In this document: positions 50,109 through 61,220 of the stretch, piece after piece
Numbering within the stretch: the first letter of the stretch is position 1
Layout: the number at the start of each line of letters is the position of its first letter
Assembly: GCA_030390025.1 (NCBI GenBank)
Contig: CM059425.1
Span: 161,760,001 to 161,824,000, forward strand
Length of the DNA: 64,000 bases
Origin: Squalus acanthias
Lineage: Eukaryota
Direction of reading: 5' to 3'
Made by a program: the position numbers and the translations under genes
Notes under the pieces: generated by a model
Seen by the model: the letters and a program-made list of their open reading frames with translations, nothing else
Databases searched by the model: none
Told to the model about the DNA's origin: nothing

Positions 50109-53100
50109 ATAGTCTAAATGTTATGACATAAAGGCAGTCAAGTTTTCAAAACAGTGCTTTTTTAAAGATGTATGCTCTATATATTTCACAATGGAGCAGA
50201 TTTGGAGATGGATTAATAAGGTAGTTATGGACCCTTATTGGTTTTAGGCTTTTGTGCATAAGAACTAGCCTGAGTCCAACATAAGACCATAACATCCTCA
50301 TCATTCTATATACTTATTCTATATATTTTAACAACCTTTTCATATAGTACTTTGTAATTGCTACTGGTAAGATTATAGTGATGTATTCATGATAAAATAA
50401 ATCAATTTTTCTACAATGTTACGATACAGAATTGCATCAATTATTCTAGGTTAAATCATGGAAAACACAATTGCCAAAAAATGCTAAAAAAAGTTATTGT
50501 ACTTTCATGAGCAATATATTTTCTTGTTAGATAATCCAAATATCCTACAATTAGCGCTTACAGGACAACTTTGTAGAGATTAAATTGTACTGTACTCTTC
50601 TCAGTTTAAATCGTCAAGATTAATGAATATTACTGCTTCTTAAAACATTGTGGGAAAACTGAATAATTCTCAGGTGAGCTTTGACATATGCATTATTTAT
50701 GGTTAAAGGCAAAGGGAAAGTGGTAATCTAGTTGCAGAGTTAGTTACCAAAAATGTTGTTTTGTAATAGAAACATAATTGCTTTTACAAAACAAGCATTG
50801 TAAAATTCTATCTAGTCATGCCAGCAAAAATAGGGCCTATATACAATTTAAAAATTGGCATTGTTAATGAAAATGTAAAGTGGTAATTCTATTTTATTCA
50901 GTCTGGCAGGTTAAGAATCCCTGTGAAGCAGCATGGAAGCAATGATTGTATTAATAATTTAATTTAGTTCAGAACTGTGCAATGGGGGCATAACAAGCTT
51001 TTATTCTGTAACTTGCTGCTGACCCTAATATAGATCAGCCAATTAGACATCTCTATTTAATTGTTGGACGACCTACCTAAAACACACAAGGCATTTTAAC
51101 TACAAACAAAGCTTGATGGCCTAAAAGAATCAAGCTATCCCCTTGGTAAAGCCTGTTGCCTTGACTGAGGCACACAAGGGAGTTGGGCAAAAGAAAGCAA
51201 AGCAAGATCGTTTTAGGCTGCGTTGAGTAAAAGAACATCTTAATATAATGAGCCTTTTTCATTCTCCCTTGGCAGCACATCAGTCCTCTCAGATAACCCC
51301 ACACAAAGCAAACACCATACGTCTGAAGTTACATTTGCTCCTTGTTATCATAGCTTATGCCACTTAATTCATTATTCAGCACATTTGCTTTCTTGTTTAT
51401 TAGATGCATCGTATCCGTTTATCCCTGAAGGCCATGCATGCAAAGGATTCCTTGTAATCCTGTCACCTCGAAGCTTTCTAAGCTTTAAATTTTTCCAGGA
51501 TAAAAAAATGTAAACCTTTTAGATTTGCTCATGCTGCCAATGAAACAAAACCAGCATCTGAGAGAAGATACTGACAGAACAATTTTTAAATATTCCTTTC
51601 ATGTAGTAATGTATTTAATCACAGAGAAAGGGCCGCTGACATTATTGTCATCTGAGGTTTTATTACTTAACCTTTCTGTGAAGAACAATACATATTTAAA
51701 ATCACACAAAAAAGCCATTTTTGTTTAATACGCAGCCCCAGTACAGAAACATACATTTCAAACATCAAAGCAGATTACCCCTAACAAATTGCATGAATTC
51801 TGTAAGATCTATAATAATATTCTACACCAGTCCTAAATATGAAGACAAGAACTCCTGAATGTTCTGTTTTTCTGCACATGTTGTTCTCAACTAGAGGAGC
51901 CTACATTAAAATGTTACTTAACATTGTTTTATTGCAACTGATGAAAACATCATTTACATTTAAAAAATATGTACTACAAAGCATCTTTTAACCTTCTGTT
52001 ACTAGCCCTTTTATTTATATATTTCATATGTTTACTATAAGAACATAAGAAATAGGAGCAGGAGTAGGCCATTTGGCCATTCAATAAGATCATGGCTGCT
52101 CTTCTACCTCAACTCCACCTTCCCGCACTATCCCCATATCCCTTAATTTCCTTAGTTCCCAAAAAATTATTGACCATTGCCTTGAATATACTCAACAACT
52201 GAGTATCCACAGCTCTCTGGGGTAGAAAATTCCAAAGATTCACAACCCTTTGAGTGAAGAAATTTCTCCTCATCTCAGTCCTAAATGGCCAACCCCTTGT
52301 TCTGAGACTGTGACCCCGTGTTCTAGATTCCCCAGACAGGGGAAACATTTTCTCAGCATTAACCCTGTCAAGCCCCTTAAGAATTTTATATGTTTCAATT
52401 AGATCACCTCTCATTCTTCTAAACTCTAGGGAATATAGGCCTAGTCTACTCAATCTCTCCTCATAGGGCAATCCCCTCATTCCAGGAACCAGTCCAGTGA
52501 ACCTTCGTTGCACTATTTATGGTTAAAGGCAAGTATGTCTTTCCTTAGGTAAGGAGACCAGAACTGTACACAGTACTCCAGGTGTGGCCTCACCAATGCC
52601 CTGAATAATTGTAGTAGGCCTTCTTTACTCTTATACTCTAAGCCCTTTGTAACAAAAGCTAACATACTATTTGCTTTCCTAATTGCTTGCTGTACCTGCA
52701 TGTTAACTTTCTGTGATTCATATACATGGACACCCAGGTCCCTCTGAACGTAAACATTTGCCAGTCTCTCACCATTCAAAAAATATTCTGCTTTTTTGTT
52801 TTTCCTAGCAAAGTGGATAACTTCACACTTCCCCACGTTATATTCCATTTGCCATGTTCTTGCTCACTCAGTCAACCTGTCTATATCTCTCTGCAGCCTC
52901 TTTGCGTCTTCCTCACAGCTTACTTTCCCACCTAACTTTGTATCATCAGCAAACTTGGATACGTTACACTCAGTCCCTTCATCTAAGTCATTAATATAGA
53001 TTGTAAATTGCTGAGGCCCAATCACTGATCCTTGCAGTACCCCGCTAGTTACAGCCTGCCAACCTGAAAATGTCCCGTTTATTCCTACTCTCTGTTTTCT

Positions 53101-53310
53101 GTCCATTAACCAATCCTCAATCTATGCTAATATATTACTCCCAATCCCATGAGTCCTAATTTTGTGTAATAACCTCTTGTGTGGTACCTTATTGAATGCT
53201 TTTTGAAAATCCAAATACACTACATCCACTGGTTCCCCCTTATCCATCCTACTAGTTACATCTTCTAAAAACTCTAACAGATTTGTCAAACACGATTTCC
53301 CTCTCATAAA

Positions 53311-54641
53311 TAAAAACAGAAAATGCTGGAAATACTCAGCAGGTCAGGCAGCATCTGTAGAGAGAGAAATGGAGTTAACGTTTCAGACCGATGACCCTTC
53401 ATCAGAACTGGAAAAAGTTAGAGATGTAACAGATTTTTAAGCAAGTGTAGATGCAGGGAAAGCGAGGACGGGAGGAAAGAACAAAAGGGAAAGTCTGTGA
53501 TAGGATGGAAGGCAGGAGAGATTAAAAGACAAATGGGATGATGTGCAAGGCAAAAGGAGATGGTAATGGGACAAGTTAAGAAACAAAAGATGACTCTAGA
53601 TGAGGTGTAAATGGCAATGGCAGAATCATCAACAGCTGCCATGTGAGAAAAAATAAATTAAAAAAAATAGGGGCCGAGGTTATGGTCTGAAATTGTTGAA
53701 CTCGATGTTGAGTCCAGAAGGCTATAAAGTGCCTAATCGAAAGATGAGGTGCTGTTCCTTGAGCTTACATTGAGCTTCGTTGGAACAGTTTAAGAGGCCA
53801 AGGACGCAGAGATCAGAGTGGGAGTAGAGCAGAGAATTAAAGTGACAGGCGATCGGAAGCTCGAGGTCACGTTTACGGACTGAACTGAGGGGTGTTCCGC
53901 AAAGCGGCCACCCAATCTGCGTTTGGTCTCCCCAGTGTAGAGGAGACCACATCGTGAGCAGCGAATACAGTACACTAAATCACTGTTTCACCTGGAAGGA
54001 GTGTTTGGGGCCCTGGGCAGTGGGAAGGGAGGAGGTAAAAGGGCAGGTGTTGCATCTTCTGTGCTTGCATGGGAAGGTGCCGTGGGAAGGGGAAGGGGTG
54101 ATAGAGGAGTGGACCAGGGTGTTCCGGAGGGAGTGGTCCCTTCGGAATGCTGAAAGGGGAGGAGAGGGGAAGATGTGTTTGGTGGTGGGATCACGCTGGA
54201 GGTGGCAGAAATGGCGGAGGATAATCCATTGAATGTCGAGGCTGGTGGGGTGAAAGGTGAGGACAAGGGGAACCCTATCGTGGTTCTGGGAGGGAGGGAA
54301 AGGGGTGAGAGCAGAAGTGCGGGAAATAGAACGGACATGGTCAAGGGCCGTGTCAACCACGGTAGAGGGGAATCCTCAGCTGAGGAAAAAGGAAGACATA
54401 TCGGAAGCACTAGTATGGAAGATGGCATTGTCAGAGTAGATGCGGCGGAGATGGAGAAACTGGGAGAATGGAATAGAGTCCTTACAGGAAGCGGGGTGGG
54501 AGGAAGTGTAGTCCAGGTAGCTGTGGGAGTCAGTGGGCTGACAGTGAATGTTTCTCTCTCTACAGATGCTGCCTGACCTGCTGAGTATTTCCAGCATTTT
54601 CTGCTTTTATTTCAGATTTCCAGCATCTGTAGTATTTTGCT
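53311..54641 (-). mobile_element. Penelope-like element, 5'-truncated, with inverted pLTR segment (54549-54641)
   Basis: Homologous to ~18725-20029; 15-bp TSD TTTCCCT(C/T)TCATAAA at 53296-53310 and 54642-54656. Confidence 0.92.
53373..53409 (-). ncRNA. Minimal type I hammerhead ribozyme in Penelope pLTR
   Basis: Minus strand AGUU-CUGAUGA-A-GGGUC-AUC-GGUCU-GAAAC-GUU^AACU: complete core, stem I AGUU/AACU, palindromic ACGU stem III. Confidence 0.8.
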
Positions 54642-55341
54642 TTTCCCTTTCATAAAACCATGTTGACTCTGCCTAATCATATTACCATTTTCTAAGTGCC
54701 CTGTTGCCACGTCCCTAATAATTGATTCTAGCATTTAGCTACTGATGTCAGGATAACTGGCCCATAGTTCCCCGTTTTTTTCTTCCTCCTTTATTAAATA
54801 GCGGAGTTATGTTTGCTACCTTCCAATCCTTGGGGACTGTTCTAGAATCGAGGTAATTCTGGAAGATTAATACCAGTGCATCCACTATCTCTGCAGCTAC
54901 CTCTTTAAAACCCTAGGATGCAGGTTGTCAGGTCCAGGGGATTTGTTGCCATTTCGTCCCATTAATTTCTCCAGTACTATGGGGGAGAAATTCAGTATCG
55001 CCCCATTTGGGGCGCAATTATCGGCCGGGCGCAAAGATTAGCGCCTGGCACTAATTATCGCCACCGACTGCAAACTTGACTTTTATCGCCCCTGGAGGTG
55101 ATTGGAGCGCTAAATCAGGCGCTACACACCTGTCTTAAGGCGCAAAGGCCGAGGAGCGAGGCGCTAACTCAGAGCGCGGGCGCAGCGCAGGTGCTGTCAG
55201 TTAGCGATGGAACACAGACACACTGGAGCCGGACAGTTCTTAAAGGGGAGGGTCGATCTTGCACTCCAGCCACACCCTGCTCACTGGAGCCTTGAATCTC
55301 GGCCTGGAGAGACCTGTGCCTAAATCTTCCAGCCAAGGACT

Positions 55342-57161
55342 ATGGAGAGGGTGAGAGAACGAGCTCAGAGCTTCAGCGAACGGGCCTTGGATGCTCTGGT
55401 TGGCGCGGTGGAGCGCAGAAGATCTATACTCTTCCCTGAGAGTGGCAGGAGGCCTTTGCCGCGCGAGTACAGAAGAGTGTGGAGGGAGGTGGCTCAGAGC
55501 GTCTCCTCCAGGAGCATGGTGCCCAGGACCCATATACAATGTCGAAAAAAGTTCAAAGACCTCACTCGGATCGTCAGGGTGAGTGGCTTTTTTTCAATAC
55601 CTCTCCATCCCTCCATCTCAACCTCACTCTATGGCCAGAGGGTCTTAAAACCCCAATGCACAACACTCATCCAACACCTATGGCCCTCTCATGAAACACA
55701 CACGCACATTCCACACTTTGCATACAGTAAGGGCTATTCACCTATGGGAGGCACATCAGGCAAGACCATGGCTGCATACAGTAAGGGCTATTCACCTATG
55801 GGAGGCACATCAGGCAAGACCATGGCTGTATATTTACTCAGACGCCGTCCTTTTTCTTGCAGGCCAAGCTATCTCATAATAGGAGACAGCAGCAACGGAC
55901 GGGTGGAGGGCGGCCTCAGCTGCAACCCCTCAGCAATCTTGAGGCACGCGTCCAGAGGATTGTGGCAAGCCGGGTGATCGGTCCCGTCGCCACTGGAGAC
56001 GCCGACCCCGTTCTGGACAGCAATGGTAAGGTCATCACCTTTTTGTCCTCTGTCCTTCCACTTGTCCCTCACAACACCAGCCTTTGACACTTTCAATCCA
56101 ACTTACTAAATCGCTGCACTCATTCCTCCCTTACTGCCACCCTGTCCTCACGCTAAAGCCACTCTTGTACCTCCCTGCTTTCAGATGGTGATTCACCAGC
56201 TGAGGAGACGGGCCTTCAAGCTGCCACTGGGAGTGAAGCTGCAGCCGAGGAGGAAGATGAAGGCGGAGCATCAGTGCCACCCTCTCCCGAGGAAGCCCAT
56301 GCCCACACTGGGAACACGCCTTCCCTGGAGGGGAGCAGGGGGGAAGGGTCTGATGAGGGTGAAGCTCCAGGACCCAGCGGGCTGCAGCAACGCCATGGGG
56401 GTAGGGAAGAACGGGGGCCTTCTCCCCGGAGGGAGAGTATGCCAGCGAGTCCTACTGCACTGGACGCAGAGGAGGAGCGGCTCATCGCTGAAATGAACAC
56501 CCAGGCGGTGGACATGCACACTGAGCTCATGGGTGCAGTGGGAAGGGTGCCCGAATGCATTGAATCACTGGCAAGGAGTGAGGAGCACTTCGCTGTAGCA
56601 CAGGCGGATGCCACACTAAAGCTTAGTGCTGCAATTCAGTCACTGGCTGCCGTGATCCCATCTCTGACTGCTCTCATGCAGACTCAGATTGAGGCCACGC
56701 GAGCACTGACTGCTGCCATCCTCGATGGTTCGTACACATTTCCCCGGGGCTCTCACCGCGCCGCAGCAGGCCAGCAATCTGTGCTCCAGCAGATTGCTCC
56801 GGATGCTGAAGGGCTGCCCCGTGGGAGTGCCAGTGTGTCGGTCGAGCAGGGAGTTGCTGTCCTCTCTCAAGATGACAGCATTCCTGCTGCCACCACTGTC
56901 ACTTCTCCACTGCACTTGCCACTGCCTGTAGGACAGACTGCTGCCGCCCATGCAGAGTTGGTGCAGTCTGCAGCCGGGCCCTCCAGGCCCAGAGCTGGTC
57001 GAGGCTGTCCTTCAAGGGCATTTGCAGTCTCAGGTTCTGACAATCAGCAGCCTTCCACCAGCCTTGCTGCAGCCACTGAGGTCCCATTACGGAGGAGCAG
57101 TAGGGTGGGAAGGGGGGAAGTGCGCAAGGGAAGGAGATCACCCTCGAAGGGCAAAAAGTAG
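55342..57161 (+). CDS. Harbinger Myb/SANT-like protein, predicted intact 458 aa; exons 55342-55578, 55863-56025, 56185-57161
   Basis: GT-AG introns; spliced length 1377 nt with no internal stop; N-terminal SANT/trihelix motif; basic C-terminus. Confidence 0.85.
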
Positions 57162-57457
57162 GAGGTGTGACAAAATGTTGGTCATTTTTTTATTAAAGGC
57201 TAAGGTTCGTGGTCAAACTTTTGAACATTATCTCCAGGTTATGAGAACCAGTTATGTTAATGACTGTGTTTTTGTGTTTCTTTCTATTAGTTTGTCATGA
57301 GGAAATGACACACACAGAGTTTGTGAAATAAATAAGTTTTTGTATTCAAAATATACATGTTTGGTCTTTGGAATTGGTGCCTTGGCCGGCTTAGGGGTTG
57401 CGGGTTGGTTTCATTCATGTTGTTCTCAATGGCAGAAGCCATTTCCTCAGCAGGGGC

Positions 57458-58605
57458 CTAGAAGCGGCTTGCTATCAGCCGTTGACGGACGGCCCTTCCA
57501 GTTTCTACATTGTAGGCCTCCCTCCCGCCTTGGTGCTGCTGATGATCATCCTCCTTCTCTTCCTCCTCCTCCTCTGGTGGTGCTCCAAGGCCTGGTGGCA
57601 TTGGCTGGGTCCTGAGGATTGCCATGTTATGCAGCATGCAGCACACAACTACGAAGTGGGAAACTCGCTCAGGCGAGTACTGCAGGGCTCCTCCAGAATG
57701 GTCCAGACAGCGGAACCGTTGCTTGAGCACGCCGATTGTGTGCTCAACAATGTTCCTGGTAGCTTGATGGCTCTCGTTGTACCGCAGCTCAGCAGGGGTG
57801 TTGGGCGTATGGAGCGGTGTCATCAGCCAGGTGCTCAGTGGATATCCCTTGTCCCCGAGAAGCCAACCAACTGGCTGATGCGGTGCTTGGAAAAGTTCTG
57901 CCACAGTAGTCTGGCGCAGGATGAATGCATCGTGGCAGCTGCCAGGATAGTGGGCATTGACAGCGAGTATCAGCTGTCTGTGGTCACAGACCAACTGAAC
58001 GTTCAAGGAATGGAACCCCTTTCTGTTGCGGAAATCCTCGGCATTCTCATGCGGAGCACGCAAAGCCACATGCGTGCAGTCAATGGCGCCCTGCACCATG
58101 GGGAAGCCCGCTATCCTAGCAAAGCCCATTGCGCGTTCTTGCTGCTTGTCTGGGGTCATGGGGAAAGAGATGTACTCTCGTCTCCTTTTAAAGAGGGCAT
58201 TTGTGACCTGACGGATGCAGCAATGCACCGCAAACTGGGAGATATTGGCGATGTCCCCAGTAGCAGATTGAAATGAGCCAGTGGCATAAAAGTTCAGAGC
58301 CACTGTGATCTTCACTGCCACCGACAGAGACGTCCTGGACCTCAGTTGAGGCTGCAGATCTGGCTGCAGCAGGTGGCAGAGCTCAGTGACCACCTCCTTG
58401 CTGAAGCGCAGCCTTCGCAAACACTGCTCCTCAGACATATTAATATATGTGGATTGTTGGCGATATACCCTGGGAGGGTAAGGTCTCCTGTACAGAGGCC
58501 TGTTGGCCATCCTACGTCTGGCCATGATGCAACTCTCTCTCTGCGTCTCTGTGTCCTCCGATTCTGGTGGCGCAGGACGACGCCCACAGTCAGTGCAGCC
58601 CTCAT
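57458..58605 (-). pseudogene. Harbinger transposase with 1-nt deletion near 58527; 355-aa frame from ATG 58525 keeps all catalytic motifs
   Basis: Highly similar to 39639-40799; ancestral ATG 58605 is out of frame. Confidence 0.88.
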
Positions 58606-59228
58606 AGTCTCTTGGCAATCAGTTATGAAGGCCAAAAACCAAAGTACCTGCAAAGTTATGATCAGTAGCCAAAACTACCTCACACATGCGTTGACTCAAT
58701 GCAGAAGTCTCTCTTTCTCTCTCTCTGAATCTCTCTCTCTCTCTCTCAGAACGAGTGGTGCAAAAATGTCAACCACAGAGAAAGACAGGAAGAGGCCCCC
58801 TTTAAATAGCGCCCCCCCCAGCCCCACAGCGACTGGGAGCGTTCCAGTCTTCCGGTCGTTGGTTGCGCCAGGCGGAAAGGATGGGGGTGCCACTCAATTT
58901 CCGCTCCGGGGCACCACAAGGGCGTTGCACCCTTGTATGACGTCAAGATCTGCGTGCGCAGGAGATCGCGGCGGTAAAGTTTAGCGCCGCCGCAAAATGT
59001 CTATTTAATTTTGCGAGCAGCGCAAACATCGCTGCGCCCAGGCGCTAGTTGCTTTGCGCCCCATTAGCGCCCTCTTAATGCGCTAACGGGAGGCGCAACC
59101 AACTGAATTTCTCCCCCTATGTCTTTACTTATATTGATTTCTTTAAGTTCCTCATTCTCTCTAGACCCTTGGTTCCCCATTATTTCTGGATTGTTTATTG
59201 TGTCTTTTACAGTGAAGACTGATACAAA

Positions 59229-61220
59229 GGCCGGAATTTTACCGGTGCTCAGAGTGCGGGTTTGGAGGCGGGTCCACTGTCAAAATCACAAAGATTGACA
59301 GCGGGTTGGTATCCCACTGTAAACCCGCCTCCTTATCGGTTTCCCAAGTGTCGGGTCTGTCATCCCTGAACAGACCCAACACCAAGCAGCAGGTCAGGCA
59401 ATTTAGATAGTTAAAAGCTTATTAAAAGGAAGTTAAGAACCATTTTCACATGTACTTGCCATTTTACCAGGTTTTCGACGAGGTTCCCGGAGAGCGGGTA
59501 TCATGTCAGGTAAGTATATCGGGTTCTCAATGACTGTGGATTGCTGTGAATAGGTGACAGCTGCAAAAGTGGTATAAAACCTACCTATTCACAGCTGTTC
59601 ACTTCCCAATCTTAGAAGCTGGAGCATTAATGATTTGGAACCCACTTTTGAGCTTTATGCACTTTTGAAGTGTTTGGAGTAATCTCTCTATCCACTGTCA
59701 CCTCCTTGGAACAACCTATCTCAACACTGACAGATTACTTCTGTTATCTCAACCTCACCTGCCATCTATTCCATCAGCATCGGTGCCCTAGAAAAAATCT
59801 CACCTTGGTCCTCAGAATCTCAACACGATCAGCCCCAACACCAGCAGCACCAACATCCACACCAACCTTTTCCGCAATCAACTGATGCTGCACTGGACAC
59901 AGGGCATCATCACCCATGCACATTGCTGCCCACGACGCCAGCGATGGCCACACCATGTCCAGATTTGCTTCACTTAACACTGTGCATGATGCCACATGAT
60001 GCATCAGGTTGCACCGGACACGCCACGGCTGGTGAAATCGCGGTCAAAGTATTTGTTTAATGTCTCTGCCATTTCCTTATTGCCTATTATAATTTCTCCT
60101 GTCTCTGCCTCTAATGGGCCCACGTTTACTTTCACTAATCTCTTCCTATTTACATACCTATAGAAACGTTTACAATCTGTTTTTATGTCTCTTGCTAATT
60201 TACTCACATATTCTTTTATCTCTTTCCTTATCAATATCAGCACCATAAAGTATCCCTACAATGTCCAAGCAATTCCTTTCACACTTATCACCATGGCGGG
60301 GGGGGGGGGGGGGGGGGCGGCGGGGGTGGACATTATGTCTCACCATTCACTGGAACGCACGAAGACACTTTCAAAGGTGCACACAAATCTGTCCAAGAAG
60401 GCAAAGTGGTGAAAAAAAGGATTTCAATGCTTGACAACACATTAACAGAAAGTTTACACGAACATTGGCAAAAACACCCAAGTACCTTCCTATGTGTATT
60501 GTTAGTTGTTGTGATTGGACTAGGATGAGGGTGAGGGTGAGGGGTGGCTAATGAGATGGGGAAGTGATAATGTAGATAGAGAGGGACGGGTGGAGGTGCA
60601 AGGTAAGTTGGTGTGAGTAAGGATGTGCAGGATTAGGGTAGGGAAGGCAGAGTGATGGGGATGTGATGAGTGACACAGCAGGATGAGGTTGAGTGTAGCT
60701 TTGCAGTAACATTTCGTGATCTACTGAGATCACTGAAAGGTTTGCGCCACTGCAGGCTGGTCCTCCTGCTTGTGTCCTCCTGTACAATGTGCAACCAGGC
60801 TGCGTTGGTGTCCTGGGGAGGTCTCTTCTGCCCATTGGAAGGGAAAAGAACCTCCCTGCGTGCTGTGACTCCCTCCATATGCTTATGGAGGGAGTCAAGG
60901 GAGAGCCTGGGTGCAGCCGTGCACCTCTGTGCAGTGCTTGTCAGTACTTGCAGCACCTCAATGCTGTAGAACACTGACAGCCCAACTGTCAAAATGAATG
61001 TGGACATGGTCCCTTTAAGGAAACCGGCTGATGACGTCTCATCAGATGACGTCATCAGACCCGCTTCTTTTAAATTGGCCGGGAACCTCACAGGGCGAGC
61101 TTAACAAGGCCAATCAGGGCAAATTCACTTGGAGGAGGCGGGACGAAGAAGGGAGCAGGGTTTGAGGCCTCCGCCTACTGCGGTTGCACCGGACACGCCA
61201 CGGCTGGTGAAATCGCGGTC
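59229..61220 (-). mobile_element. Non-autonomous Harbinger family B, inserted in CR1
   Basis: TIRs GGCCGGAATTTTACC / GGTGAAATCGCGGTC; AAA TSD; reverse-homologous to 41748-43479; Myb remnant 60720-60925. Confidence 0.88.
60007..60235 (+). repeat. 229-bp exact duplicate of 61182-61410
   Basis: Identical by eye; spans the transposon terminus, TSD and flanking CR1. Confidence 0.95.

Larger units (their letters stand above)
54981..59117. mobile_element. Full-length two-gene PIF/Harbinger transposon, copy 2
   Basis: Perfect 16-bp TIR GGGGGAGAAATTCAGT; TAT TSD; inserted in CR1. Confidence 0.97.
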
